A stretch of 64,000 nt of DNA from an uncultured Cytophagia bacterium (lineage in GTDB: Bacteria; Zhuqueibacterota; Zhuqueibacteria; Residuimicrobiales; Krinioviventaceae). Shown one piece after another: positions 16,600 through 29,076 of this stretch. A program made the position numbers and the translations under genes. The notes below the pieces were generated by a model that worked only from the letters and a program-made list of their open reading frames with translations, did no database searches and was not told the origin of the DNA. The stretch lies in contig CAYNSO010000008.1 in the NCBI GenBank assembly GCA_964399735.1, forward strand, positions 2,150 through 66,149, in the 5' to 3' direction. Numbering within the stretch: the stretch's first letter is position 1; each line of letters begins with the position of its first letter.

Positions 16600-17931
16600 A
16601 TGAGAAGAACTGTCGTACTGTTTTCTATGCTTGTGCTGTTATTGGCGGGCGGAAGTATTGCCCAGTATGCCGACGGAGGGTTGGGATATATGGGACAGGA
16701 AGGCGGTTTGATGATGGGTGGAGTTGGTATGGCCGTGATTGATGAGGAAGGCGGTAAGGAGACCTATTTTACCCTGAATTTCAGACCGGAATTGGCTTTT
16801 GGAAAACTTGGACTTGGATTAAATGTAAACCTGTTGTTTAATGCAGAAAATGGCGATATCCGCGAGCAGGATTGGGATCAGAGTTATGATTATTTCCGTA
16901 TTATTCGTTATATTCGCTGGGGCCAAAAGTTCGACCCGGTTTATGCCAGAGTTGGAACCCTGGATGCCGCACGTTTGGGGCATGGTTTTATTGTAAACTA
17001 TTATACCAATGAAGCTTCTTATGATAACCGCAAGATCGGGTTGGCGTTTGACATGGATTTTGGTAAATTCGGCTTTGAAACAATAACCAGCAATTTGGGG
17101 CGCTCTGAATTGATTGCCGGCCGCGCTTATTTTCGTCCTTTGACCGGAGTAGTCGATATACCCATCATCAAGAATTTTGCCATGGGCGCTTCTTATGCGC
17201 GTGATTTTGACCCGGACGCTTCAACCGATAGCGATGACGCCGCTTCTGTTATAGGTTTGGATGCGGAATTGCCGTTGTTCAAAAGCGGCATGTTGAATTC
17301 AATGTTGTATTATGATTGGGCGCAGATTTCCGGTTTCAGCTCTATCGACAACGCTTCCAATACGTATGGCAGCGGTCAGGCGGTTGGTGTTATGGTAACT
17401 TTGGGCAATCTGGCCGGGTTATTAGATCTTTCTGCCAAGTTGGAACGGCGTTGGCTGGGGAAAGAGTTTGAACCATCCTTCTTTAATGCTTTTTATGAAG
17501 TGCAGCGTTACCAGTCCACCGGGATGCATAAAATTGATTATATAAAGAGCATTACTGACGATACCAAAGGCGTATTTGGTGAATTGATGGGTAATGTTTT
17601 GGGTAATAAACTCCGCCTGCTGGGTATGTTCAGCCGTCTGGATGATACCAAAAATAGCGGTATTTTACATTTTGCCGCCGATGCTCCGGATGCAATCCCC
17701 ACCATTGCAGCTCATGCAACTTATGATAAAATGGGCATTGAAACCGCAGAAGACGTATTTACTCTGGATAACCGCAGTGTTGCCCGGGTTGGCCTTGGTT
17801 ACAAAATCAAGCCGTACCTGATCCTTTATATGGATTATATCTGGACCTATGTTGAAACCTCTCCCAATTCGCAGGAATACAAGCCGCAGGAGAGAATTGA
17901 ACCCAAACTGGTATTTTCACACCAGTTTTAA
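16600..17931 (+). CDS. secreted outer-membrane beta-barrel protein (hypothetical porin-like)
   Basis: Signal peptide and C-terminal …KLVFSHQF. Confidence 0.5.
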   Translation: MRRTVVLFSMLVLLLAGGSIAQYADGGLGYMGQEGGLMMGGVGMAVIDEEGGKETYFTLNFRPELAFGKLGLGLNVNLLFNAENGDIREQDWDQSYDYFRIIRYIRWGQKFDPVYARVGTLDAARLGHGFIVNYYTNEASYDNRKIGLAFDMDFGKFGFETITSNLGRSELIAGRAYFRPLTGVVDIPIIKNFAMGASYARDFDPDASTDSDDAASVIGLDAELPLFKSGMLNSMLYYDWAQISGFSSIDNASNTYGSGQAVGVMVTLGNLAGLLDLSAKLERRWLGKEFEPSFFNAFYEVQRYQSTGMHKIDYIKSITDDTKGVFGELMGNVLGNKLRLLGMFSRLDDTKNSGILHFAADAPDAIPTIAAHATYDKMGIETAEDVFTLDNRSVARVGLGYKIKPYLILYMDYIWTYVETSPNSQEYKPQERIEPKLVFSHQF

Positions 17932-17942
17932 AAGTGACGTAT

Positions 17943-17977
17943 GGTTGTCCGGGATTTTTACCCGGACAACCATTTTA
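17943..17977 (+). terminator. hairpin ggttgtccggg-atttttac-cccggacaacc followed by a weak T-tract
   Basis: Perfect 11-bp stem immediately after the OM gene stop. Confidence 0.55.
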
Positions 17978-18045
17978 CCCGGGCAGGGGGAAAAGAGTTA
18001 AAATATATCTGAAAAACTGTGTTGCTGTTAGATTAATACATTGAA

Positions 18046-18798
18046 ATGAAAGTTAATAGAAAGAAACCATTCATTCCAGAGTCCATAGTCAAATTACCGG
18101 GTTTGCTATGGAGATCGGCGCTTGATTTTGTCTACCCGCCGCTTTGCCTGCTTTGCCATAGCCGGCTGAGTGCGAGCACAGAATTTTTATGTTCCTCGTG
18201 TGAGGAGTCATTACAAATGCTCAGGGCTCCCTTTATGACGGTCGGTGAGTTGAGTCTTTTATCCAATTTACCGCATTGGTTTGAAGCCTCGCTGGCGGTT
18301 TATCAATATGATAAACAAGTGCAAAACCTGATTCATTTATTCAAATATCGTAAAACCCCGCAGCTGGCAAAATTGTTTGGCAAGGCAATGAGCCGGGTGA
18401 TAGATTGTGAACCGGAAATGCCATCTATTGATTTCATAACACCTGTGCCCTTGCATCCCTCCCGGTATCGAGAGCGGGGCTATAACCAGTCCGCTTTGCT
18501 GGCGCAGGAAATTTCGCGTCACAGCGGATTACCGGTAAAAGAGATATTAAAGCGCCATATCTTCACCAGTCAGCAGGCCAGTAAAGATCGTTATGCACGG
18601 ATGAAAAATGTGCTGGGCGCTTTTTCAATAAAAGAGAATAAAATTATGCAAAATGCCAGTATTGCGCTGGTAGATGATGTGGTAACAACCGGCAGCACCA
18701 TGAACGAATGCGCCCGGGTGTTGTGTGCAGCAGGCGCGCGCCGGGTAATTGCTGTTTCTGTAACCCGCATTAGCAGGGAGGCAAATATGTTTGTTTGA
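18046..18798 (+). CDS. ComF-family protein (zinc-finger plus phosphoribosyltransferase domain)
   Basis: N-terminal CLLCHSRL…CSSCEE and C-terminal PRTase motif IALVDDVVTTGSTMNE. Confidence 0.8.
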   Translation: MKVNRKKPFIPESIVKLPGLLWRSALDFVYPPLCLLCHSRLSASTEFLCSSCEESLQMLRAPFMTVGELSLLSNLPHWFEASLAVYQYDKQVQNLIHLFKYRKTPQLAKLFGKAMSRVIDCEPEMPSIDFITPVPLHPSRYRERGYNQSALLAQEISRHSGLPVKEILKRHIFTSQQASKDRYARMKNVLGAFSIKENKIMQNASIALVDDVVTTGSTMNECARVLCAAGARRVIAVSVTRISREANMFV

Positions 18799-18989
18799 CC
18801 GGTTATACCGGTCTTTATATAGTTGAAATGTAAAAATTCCGCCCAAAATATTGCTGCAAGTGGTTATCTGCCGGTATCACATAGAATAATTCTTGACATT
18901 TTATTGAAATATCAGTATTTTTATAAACTTGTTTCTAAAGCTTGAAATATAAAGTCACAATAAAAATCTAGTTTGTGAAGGGAAAATAA

Positions 18990-19916
<927 letters not shown>

Positions 19917-19935
19917 ATAAAAAAATTATTGATAG

Positions 19936-20955
<1,020 letters not shown>

Positions 20956-21045
20956 TAGCGGGAACTTTTCGTTACTTGAAATGTAAAATTATTTAAACAA
21001 AAGGGCCGGTTAATGCCGGCCCGATATTTATTAATAAAGGTTATT

Positions 21046-21792
21046 ATGAGAAAACGGATTATTGCGGGCAACTGGAAAATGAATAAAACTGTGGTTGAAG
21101 CAATTCAACTTGCAGAAGAAATTAAAGACAAATACAACAAGTTTGATGTGGATGTGGTATTGTGCCCGCCATACCCGGACTTGTATGCTGTTCACCAGGT
21201 GATCAAAGATACCCCTGTTGCATTAGGCGCTCAAAATGTTCATTGGGAAGATATGGGCGCATTTACCGGCGAAGTTTGTGCACACATGCTTAAAGAGGTT
21301 GGTTGTCAGTTTGTTATTATTGGCCATTCCGAAAGACGTCAATATTTTCATGAAACTGACGAGACGGTCAATAAAAGAGTGAAAAAGGCATTGAGTAGCG
21401 GATTGACGCCGATCATTTGTGTTGGCGAGGTTCTTGAGGAACGTGAGAGCGGCAAAACCGAACAGGTTGTTGAAACCCAGGTACGCGGCGCTCTGGCTGG
21501 AATTAGCAAGCAGGAAGCGGCAAATATAGTTATAGCCTATGAACCGGTATGGGCTATTGGTACAGGCAAGGTAGCAACTCCTGAACAAGCTCAGCAGGTA
21601 CACAAGATGATTCGCACTTTGTTAGTGGAATTATACGATGCGGCATTTGCCGATTCGATCAGAATTCAGTACGGCGGCAGTATGAAAGCGGAAAATGCCA
21701 AAGAATTGTTGCAACAACCGGATATTGATGGCGGATTAATAGGCGGCGCCTCATTAAAAGCAGATTCTTTTTTGGGAATTGTAAACGCCTGA
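21046..21792 (+). CDS. tpiA: triosephosphate isomerase
   Basis: AGNWKMN and AYEPVWAIGTGK motifs. Start moved to the ATG at 21046, downstream of the gap terminator hairpin gggccggttaatgccggccc at about 21003-21022. Confidence 0.93.
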   Translation: MRKRIIAGNWKMNKTVVEAIQLAEEIKDKYNKFDVDVVLCPPYPDLYAVHQVIKDTPVALGAQNVHWEDMGAFTGEVCAHMLKEVGCQFVIIGHSERRQYFHETDETVNKRVKKALSSGLTPIICVGEVLEERESGKTEQVVETQVRGALAGISKQEAANIVIAYEPVWAIGTGKVATPEQAQQVHKMIRTLLVELYDAAFADSIRIQYGGSMKAENAKELLQQPDIDGGLIGGASLKADSFLGIVNA

Positions 21793-21826
21793 AAGAATGA
21801 AAAACATTTTGAAAGGTTAAAAAGTA

Positions 21827-22195
21827 ATGTATAATGTTTTAATATTTTTATTTGTCATTGTTGCGGTTTTGCTGGTATTTGTAATTCTAATTCAATCTGG
21901 CAAAGGCGGCGGTTTAGCCGGAACGTTTGGCGGCGGTGCAGATACGATGGGAACATTTTTCGGCGGTCGGGGTTCAGCTCCATTTTTGACCCGTATAACC
22001 ACAATCCTGGCAACGTTATTTATGTTTATTGCTTTATTGCTGGGAATGGTAACAAAAGGCAGTGTAGATAACCGTAGTGTTGTTGAAAGAGAACGGGAGC
22101 GGCAAATGGCATCGCCGGCGCGCACACTGCCGGAAGCTGCAACTCCAGTAGAAACAGGGTCAGAAGGGAATTTAAACCCGGAACCTGTCAATTAA
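21827..22195 (+). CDS. secG: preprotein translocase subunit SecG
   Basis: Two TM helices with a glycine-rich loop LIQSGKGGGLAGTFGGG. Confidence 0.8.
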   Translation: MYNVLIFLFVIVAVLLVFVILIQSGKGGGLAGTFGGGADTMGTFFGGRGSAPFLTRITTILATLFMFIALLLGMVTKGSVDNRSVVERERERQMASPARTLPEAATPVETGSEGNLNPEPVN

Positions 22196-22203
22196 AAAAC
22201 AAA

Positions 22204-22286
22204 GCCGAAGTGGTGGAATTGGTAGACACGCTATCTTGAGGGGGTAGTGCCTGTCCGGCGTGCGGGTTCAAATCCCGCCTTCGGCA
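22204..22286 (+). tRNA. tRNA-Leu (anticodon GAG), type II with long variable arm; no encoded CCA
   Basis: Acceptor stem gccgaag/cttcggc, anticodon loop cuUGAGGg read as U-GAG-G, and a T-arm ggttcaaatcc. secG-tRNA-Leu synteny as in E. coli (secG-leuU). Confidence 0.8.
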
Positions 22287-22329
22287 CTTGTTAATAAAAG
22301 TAAGGGTAACAAAAAAGGGAAAAGATCAA

Positions 22330-23354
22330 TGTTTAGAAAAAGTATAATTTTCGGATTTATAGTAGTTGTTTTATTTTGTATGGTTAGCGGTTCACTGGCT
22401 CAGGATTTACAGCAACAGTACAATGACAAGCTGCGTGAAGCCAATGAAGTTCGCGCAAAAATGGGCCAGGAAGGCATAACCAAAGATGAATATGACAATT
22501 TGTTAAAGACCTATGAAAGTCTGCAACAAGAAATAAAAGCGTTGAATGCAAAAATCAGTTCGGATGTTGAACTGACCGAAAGAATTAACAATGCAAAACG
22601 CGCTTATAATGACGGTAACACTTTGTTTAAAAAAGGTCAGTATGATGAAGCTTTGGCTGCTTATGATAAAGCGATCAGCCTGGACGACGGTTATTCCAAA
22701 GCATATTATGGTAAGGGATTAACATTTGTCAAGCAAAGAAAGTTAGATGAAGCAATCGAGGTATTTAAAAAAGCAGTAGAAATAGATCCTTCATACGACC
22801 GGGCTTATTCTGCATTAGGTTCTGCTAATAAAGATAAAAAGAATTTTACCGAGTCGATTGCTGCATACCAAAAAGCGATGGAAATAAATCAAAAGGATGA
22901 GACTATCGTCTATAATCTTGCTTTGGTTTATAATGATATGAAAGACAATGCCAATGCTATAAAATATTTCCGCATGGCAACACAAATTAACCCGGAATAT
23001 TACAAGGCATTTACAATGCTTGGCGAAGCGTTCATGAATAATGGCGACCTTGAACAGGCAGTGATGGCTCTGGAAAATGCCCTGGCGATTAAAGAAGATT
23101 ATGATCGCGCTAATTTTCAGTTGGCAACAGTAAATAACAAGCTGGGCGAATATGCCGCAGCTTTGGCGGCTGCTGAAAAATGTCTATTAAAACCGGGAAG
23201 TTATAAAGGTGGAGCAAATTTTGAAGCCGGTATAGCCAGCAAACAGCTGGGTAATAATGCCAAAGCCAAAGAATATTTTGAAGCCGCAGCCAAAGACAGC
23301 CGTTGGCGAAAGAATGCACAATACGAAATTGATTTGCTCGCTAAAGCTCAATAA
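22330..23354 (+). CDS. secreted TPR-repeat protein
   Basis: The track ORF began inside the tRNA, so I moved the start to MFRKSIIFGF… with a signal peptide. Multiple TPR-like repeats. Confidence 0.65.
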
Positions 23355-23360
23355 TCGCAT

Positions 23361-23392
23361 AAAAAAGCCTGCCCAGGAGCAGGCTTTTTTTA
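23361..23392 (+). terminator. rho-independent terminator (agcctgcccaggagcaggct + T7)
   Basis: Perfect hairpin followed by a T-tract. Confidence 0.8.
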
Positions 23393-23408
23393 ATACAGGA
23401 GTATTGAT

Positions 23409-24323
23409 ATGAAGAATTTAACACGACGTGATTTTATAAAATCGAGCGCCTGTGCAGGTTTGGTTTTATCAGCCGCTAGTACGGTTCCTGGTTTTGCGAT
23501 TGCCGGTGATGAACTTCCGGAATTGGTAATAGTAAAAAACAGCAGCCCGGCAGACCTGGTGCGCAGGGCGGTTGATGAACTTGGTGGAATGGGCAGATTT
23601 GTTAAAAAAGATCAAACAGTTCTTTTAAAGCCCAATATCGGGTGGGATAGAAATCCAGAGCAGGCAGCCAATACAAATCCGGAAGCGGTAGCAGAGGTAA
23701 TAAAAATGTGCCTTGCCGCCGGCGCCAAAAAAGTGCGGGTGATCGACAGAACCTGCAACCAGGCGGAACGGTGTTATAAAAACAGCGGAATTGAAGATGC
23801 TGCCAAAGAAGCCGGCGCTGAAGTCCGTTATATTGTAGACAGCCGTTTTAAGGATGTAGATATCCCTGATGGCAAGCTGCTTAAATCGTGGCCATTATAT
23901 CGTGATGTTCTGGAATATGATGTGTTTATCAATATGCCGATCGCCAAAGTACATGGCATTTCCAAATATACACTTGGTTTTAAAAATATGATGGGAATAA
24001 TGGGGGGCAATCGCGGCAGTATTCATAAAGAAATAAATACCAACCTGGTCGATATCAATACAGTTGTAAAACCGGCGTTGACAATAATAGATGCGTGGAG
24101 AATTCTTGTGCGAAACGGCCCCACAGGCGGTAACCTTGCCGATGTGGAAGAGCGGAAAGTAATGATTGCCGCCACAGATCGTGTGGCAGCCGATGCTTAT
24201 GGTGTTACCCTGTTTGGCGCCAACCCCGTAGATGTTCCCTATCTTTGTGACGCCAATGAACGCGGCATGGGCAATATAGACCTGGCAAAAGTAAGAATGA
24301 AAGAGATTGATCTTGCCGTATAA
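23409..24323 (+). CDS. Tat-signal DUF362-domain protein
   Basis: Twin-arginine signal RRDFIKSSACAGLVLSAAS and a DUF362-like core (…TVLLKPNIGW…). Confidence 0.55.
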   Translation: MKNLTRRDFIKSSACAGLVLSAASTVPGFAIAGDELPELVIVKNSSPADLVRRAVDELGGMGRFVKKDQTVLLKPNIGWDRNPEQAANTNPEAVAEVIKMCLAAGAKKVRVIDRTCNQAERCYKNSGIEDAAKEAGAEVRYIVDSRFKDVDIPDGKLLKSWPLYRDVLEYDVFINMPIAKVHGISKYTLGFKNMMGIMGGNRGSIHKEINTNLVDINTVVKPALTIIDAWRILVRNGPTGGNLADVEERKVMIAATDRVAADAYGVTLFGANPVDVPYLCDANERGMGNIDLAKVRMKEIDLAV

Positions 24324-24378
24324 ATGCGGCAAAGGGGGGAATCAAAAAAGCAAGTAAAGTTATTACCAGGTATCAGGA

Positions 24379-25920
24379 TTGACAGATATGAAGACATGGC
24401 GCCGTATTTCGCAAATATTATTTTTGCTTTTTTTTGTGTTGTTATTTTTACAAACCCGTTATCCACTTGAAAACGGCATTCCTGCCGATCTTTTTTTTCA
24501 TACCAGCCCTTTGATTTCAATCACCACAATTTTTGCCTCGCGCAGTTTTTTTATTGAGGCCTTGCCGGGGATTGTATTTTTATTGTTGGCAATACCATTC
24601 GGGCGATTTTTTTGTGGCTGGATATGCCCCCTGGGAACGGTCATTGATATTAATGATCGCTTTTTAAAAAGAAAAAAACCCGGTCGCAAAGAGCGGGATA
24701 GTGTGAAATTCCGGCCGGTAAAGTTTTTTATTCTGGTAGCCATCCTGGTAGCGGCGCTGTTTTCGCTGCAGCTAACCTGGTTTTTTGATCCGATTGTGGT
24801 GTTAACCCGCGTTTTTACACTGGCAATTTATCCGGCGTTTGTATTCCTTGTTAACAGTGTTTTTGATTTAGCTTTTACTAGCGGGGCGCTGGAGGATCAG
24901 GTTTACAGTGTTTACAGTTTTATTCAGAAAACAATTTTACCTGTGGGCCGGCCTGAATTTTTATCCGGAATTGCAGTGGTTTTGTTATTCCTTGGCATTC
25001 TGTTCCTGGGGCTTGTGTCCAAACGATTCTGGTGCCGAAATTTATGCCCGTTAGGGGCGCTTTTGGGTATATTTTCCAAATACAGAATTACCAGGCGCTA
25101 TGTAGCATCAAGTTGTACAAAATGTGCCAGATGCCAGACCGGTTGTAAAATGAACGCCATCGAGGATGATTATTCAATAAATAATACTGTTGAATGTATA
25201 GAATGTGGCGATTGCGTTGCTGTTTGCCCCCCTAAAGCAGTATCGTATAAATTTGGTAAAAACCAGGGCAAAAACGAAATAGATTTTTCCCGGCGGCGGT
25301 TGTTGCAGGCAGGGGCAGTTGGTTTGACGAGTATGGCTTTGATCAAAACTGCGTCTGGAAAACCCGAAAAAAGGGCCAGTGTTATACGTCCTCCGGGTGC
25401 GTTGGAAGAAAGCGCCTTCCTTGACCGTTGTGTACGCTGCCAGGAATGTGTGCGGGTTTGTTCATCAACCGGCGGTTGCTTGCAGCCAGCTCTGTTTGAA
25501 GCCGGTTGGGAAGGCATCTGGTCGCCAATTTCTGTACCCACAATGGGTTATTGCGAGTTTAATTGTAATCTTTGCAGCCAGGTTTGTGTTTCCGGCGCAA
25601 TTCAGGAATTGACTTTGGAAGCGAAGCAAAAACTGAAAATGGGAACCGCCCATTTTGATAAAACACTTTGCATTCCCTGGTATAGCCAGGAAGACTGCCT
25701 GGTATGTGAAGAACATTGTCCGGTTCCAGATAAAGCAATTAAATTTGATATCCATGAAGCACGGGGTCCGGATGGTACCATGCGCACAGTAAAGTTCCCC
25801 TGGGTAGATGAGGAACTGTGCATTGGCTGCGGGATTTGCGAAAATAAATGTCCCCTGGTTGGTAAAAAGGGTATTTTTGTTACCTCTGCAAAAAATGAAC
25901 GGGTACCCGCAAAATCTTAA
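24379..25920 (+). CDS. membrane polyferredoxin: NapH/MauN-like N-terminal half fused to NapG/MauM-like 4x[4Fe-4S] half
   Basis: 4 TM helices with two CX3CP motifs (CGWICP, CRNLCP). Six Cx2Cx2Cx3C(P) ferredoxin motifs. An internal twin-arginine-like segment SRRRLLQAGAVGLTSMAL lies mid-protein. Confidence 0.7.
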   Translation: MTDMKTWRRISQILFLLFFVLLFLQTRYPLENGIPADLFFHTSPLISITTIFASRSFFIEALPGIVFLLLAIPFGRFFCGWICPLGTVIDINDRFLKRKKPGRKERDSVKFRPVKFFILVAILVAALFSLQLTWFFDPIVVLTRVFTLAIYPAFVFLVNSVFDLAFTSGALEDQVYSVYSFIQKTILPVGRPEFLSGIAVVLLFLGILFLGLVSKRFWCRNLCPLGALLGIFSKYRITRRYVASSCTKCARCQTGCKMNAIEDDYSINNTVECIECGDCVAVCPPKAVSYKFGKNQGKNEIDFSRRRLLQAGAVGLTSMALIKTASGKPEKRASVIRPPGALEESAFLDRCVRCQECVRVCSSTGGCLQPALFEAGWEGIWSPISVPTMGYCEFNCNLCSQVCVSGAIQELTLEAKQKLKMGTAHFDKTLCIPWYSQEDCLVCEEHCPVPDKAIKFDIHEARGPDGTMRTVKFPWVDEELCIGCGICENKCPLVGKKGIFVTSAKNERVPAKS

Positions 25921-26293
25921 AGCTGTAATGTGTGCCTGATTTTTATGTTTTTTTTATAATTTATGAAATAAACAATGCTGATAAAATAGTTGATAATATT
26001 GGAATTGCCGGAAAAACAGTGCACAAAAAGAGCCAGCTTGGACAGACAATTATGCTGCAAAAAAGATCAGACCAAAAGGTCATATATAGTAAAACAGGTT
26101 TACTATTTTTCAGTATTGGCGCCGCTTTTGTACTCCGGCAAGAAAAAAATATCCCCTGTAATTATTCAAAAAAGAAATTAACTGTTGAATTGAAAAGTTA
26201 AAAAAATAGCGTTTTTGTGCCGTAAATAAACCGCAAAACCAACGGTATGACGCTAGTGTAAAAATATAAAATATGTTGAATTAAATTCATCTA

Positions 26294-27955
26294 ATGGTAA
26301 TGACTGAAGCAGTGTGGTTAAAAAATTATGAAGCCGGAGTTCCGGGAACTCTGGAAATACCGGAGATGCCAGTATTTCAGATGTTGGAGAGGAGCATGCA
26401 AAAGCATCCGGAAAAGCTGGCATTGATCTATTTTGGTCACAAAATAAGCTACCGGCATCTGTATAATCTGGTAACCCGTTTTGCCTCCGGCCTGAAATCT
26501 CTGAATGTTGGAAAAGGCGACCGGGTGATCATTGCGCTGCCCAATATTCCGCAATTTATTATTGCGTACTGGGCGGTATTACAGCTTGGCGCCATCAATG
26601 TATTGATCAATCCATTACTGGCCGAGCGGGAACTGGAATTTCAAATGCGAAACTGCGGCGCCAAAGTTGCCATTCTGTTCGACCGGATCGTGCCGCGGAT
26701 TAAAAAGATCATTTATGAGTTAGACCTGGCGCATATTATCATTGCCGGTATTGAAACGTATATGCCGTTTTTTTTGAATGTGGCGTTACAGATAAAAAAG
26801 AAATTTGAAATGGAACGCGACAAGACGCCGTTTTTTGTCGATACGCTGTTATTCCGGGAATTATTAAACAAGGGCATTGAAGAACAACCCTGTAAAGATT
26901 TGCAATCCTCCGATCCGGCGGTTATGATCTATACCGGCGGCATAACCGGCAGCCCCAAAGCGGTTGTGCTAAGCCACAAAAATCTGGTTGCTAATACTGT
27001 GCAAGCCCGTGCCTGGATTACCGAGTATAAGGATGGCGAAGAAATTGTCATGTCGGTTTTGCCGTTAATTCATAGTTACGGGATGACCGCCTGCCACCAT
27101 TTGTCAATTTTTAGTCAATCGACAATGATATTGCACCCGCGTTTTCGGGTTGATAAAATATTGAGTGATATTCAGCGATATAAAATTACATTATTCCCCG
27201 GTGTGCCAACCATGTATTCGGCGCTTGTGAATGCGGCACGGCAAACCAGAATAAATCTATCATCCATACGTGTCTGTATCAGTGGAGGCGCGCCGCTGCC
27301 GCAAGCCCTCAAGAATGAGTTTGAGGAGATTACCGGCGGGCGCCTTGTGGAAGGATATGGGTTATCTGAGGCATCTCCCATAACCCACTGCAACCCGGTT
27401 TTTGGTATGAATAAAAATGGCAGTATTGGGCTGCCCTGGCCGGGAACCGAAGCCCGTATAGTGGATATCAAGACCGGTGAAGCGCTCGGCGTCGGCGAAA
27501 CGGGCGAAATAGAAGTGCGGGGCCCCCAGGTAATGCTCGGTTACTGGCAGCAACCTCAGGAGACTGAACTGGTATTATCCCCCGAGGGTTGGTTAAAAAC
27601 CGGCGATATTGCCCGGTTTGATGAGGAAGGTTATTTTTATATTGCCGACCGGAAAAAAGAGATTATCTTTTTTGGCGGTGAAAATATATATCCCGGTGAA
27701 GTAGAGCGAGTGTTAACGGAGCATCCAGGCGTTGCTGAAGCAGCTGTAATTGGAATTCCCGATAAATACTACGGGCAGTGTGTAAAGGCATTTCTGGTTC
27801 TGAAAGAAAATCACAGGGTGTCTTCGGAAGAGATTATTGCCTTTTGCCGGGGAAAACTGGCCAGGTATAAAACCCCCAGGATTATAGAATTTGTCGATTT
27901 TTTGCCCAAGAATTTTTTAGGTAAAGTGATCAAGCGAAATTTGGCCGTAATATAA
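26294..27955 (+). CDS. AMP-dependent synthetase/ligase (acyl-CoA or aryl-CoA ligase)
   Basis: AMP-binding motif YTGGITGSPKAV, plus …GYGLSE… and C-terminal …GKLARYKTP… motifs. Confidence 0.88.
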   Translation: MVMTEAVWLKNYEAGVPGTLEIPEMPVFQMLERSMQKHPEKLALIYFGHKISYRHLYNLVTRFASGLKSLNVGKGDRVIIALPNIPQFIIAYWAVLQLGAINVLINPLLAERELEFQMRNCGAKVAILFDRIVPRIKKIIYELDLAHIIIAGIETYMPFFLNVALQIKKKFEMERDKTPFFVDTLLFRELLNKGIEEQPCKDLQSSDPAVMIYTGGITGSPKAVVLSHKNLVANTVQARAWITEYKDGEEIVMSVLPLIHSYGMTACHHLSIFSQSTMILHPRFRVDKILSDIQRYKITLFPGVPTMYSALVNAARQTRINLSSIRVCISGGAPLPQALKNEFEEITGGRLVEGYGLSEASPITHCNPVFGMNKNGSIGLPWPGTEARIVDIKTGEALGVGETGEIEVRGPQVMLGYWQQPQETELVLSPEGWLKTGDIARFDEEGYFYIADRKKEIIFFGGENIYPGEVERVLTEHPGVAEAAVIGIPDKYYGQCVKAFLVLKENHRVSSEEIIAFCRGKLARYKTPRIIEFVDFLPKNFLGKVIKRNLAVI

Positions 27956-27969
27956 GAGTAAACAGGTAA

Positions 27970-28833
27970 ATGGAAAACGAAATAATCGAAATACGGCGGG
28001 AAAACAAAAAGACTGCCAATGTAACGCTTGTGCCCCGTGCCGATGTAAACGATATATCCCTTGTACCTGAGCTATTGACCAGTGTTGAAAAATTATTAAA
28101 ACAAAAGGCGCTTTTCTTTGTGTTGGACCTTGAAGGTCTTGCCGAGTTACCACCGAGCCTGGTTGTGGCGTTGTTTGAAATAACAGCCCGGGTACGGCGC
28201 AAAGGGGGAAATGTTACGATTATAAATTTACAACCCCTGGCGTGGAAAGACATTGAACATTTCAAGCCTTTTACCTACCTGACCGAAGCTACCCACGCCA
28301 ACGGAAAAATGAATAAAATAGCAACAACAGGTGTATCAGAACAGAAGGAGCAGATCGAGCCGGTGGAAGAAACCCCCTTGATTGCCAATCTTCACCAAAC
28401 CTTGCCGGAAAATGATGATACCCATTTTATTGAAATACCCGGCAATGTTAATTCGTTATACAAAGCGTGTGACTTTGTTGTCGACTTGTCACGTAAAGCC
28501 GGATTTCATGATACGGAAATAAGTAAAATAAAAATTAGTGTTTATGAAGCCTGTATCAATGTGGTTGAACATGCTTATCATTCAAATCCCGATAAAACGG
28601 TTCGAGTTGGAGTTGAAACCTTGCCGGATAAATTGATCATTACCGTTTATGACCGGGGTGACGGATTTTGCGTAGAAGATTTGCAAATATTCGACGCCCG
28701 GAATGCTGTTAACAACCGTATGCGTGGCGGCATGGGGATTCCAATCATCAAACGATCGATGGATGAAGTTAATTATTACATGGATCGTATCATCGGCAAC
28801 CGGCTTGTTATGGTAAAATATAAACCCCAATAA
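27970..28833 (+). CDS. fused STAS (anti-sigma-antagonist-like) and HATPase_c (RsbW/SpoIIAB-like anti-sigma kinase) protein
   Basis: N-terminal STAS-like fold with a candidate phospho-Ser (DLEGLAELPPSLV). C-terminal GHKL ATPase motifs (…NVVEHAY…, DRGDGF, GGMGIP). Confidence 0.55.
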   Translation: MENEIIEIRRENKKTANVTLVPRADVNDISLVPELLTSVEKLLKQKALFFVLDLEGLAELPPSLVVALFEITARVRRKGGNVTIINLQPLAWKDIEHFKPFTYLTEATHANGKMNKIATTGVSEQKEQIEPVEETPLIANLHQTLPENDDTHFIEIPGNVNSLYKACDFVVDLSRKAGFHDTEISKIKISVYEACINVVEHAYHSNPDKTVRVGVETLPDKLIITVYDRGDGFCVEDLQIFDARNAVNNRMRGGMGIPIIKRSMDEVNYYMDRIIGNRLVMVKYKPQ

Positions 28834-28857
28834 AAAGCCATTAACAGGTATAGAATT

Positions 28858-29076
28858 ATGCAGCTTGATCTATTTAGTTTTGCCTTTGGCATAATTATCG
28901 CACTCAGTATTATTATTGTTGTTGAAAAGGTCTATGGAATGATATTCGGCAACAAGCGGCAGCGGGAACTCTTGCGGGAGGTAAAACGTTTACAAAGTAT
29001 TGTGCAGAAAAAGGATGAATTGATAAAAAAGTCCTTGAAAACAATACAGAACGAGGAGAAGAAAAATAATGAATAA
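28858..29076 (+). CDS. small single-TM protein with charged coiled-coil tail (hypothetical)
   Basis: 72 aa; TM helix then K/E-rich helix. Confidence 0.4.
   Translation: MQLDLFSFAFGIIIALSIIIVVEKVYGMIFGNKRQRELLREVKRLQSIVQKKDELIKKSLKTIQNEEKKNNE

Noticed and set aside
22260-22329. Track start of the TPR protein at 22260
   Set aside because: It would begin inside the tRNA-Leu gene. The downstream ATG at 22330 (MFRKSII…) begins a proper signal peptide.
25932-26201. 89-aa and 63-aa ORFs in the gap between the polyferredoxin and the CoA ligase
   Set aside because: They are AT-rich and K-rich, have no RBS and look like promoter-region DNA.
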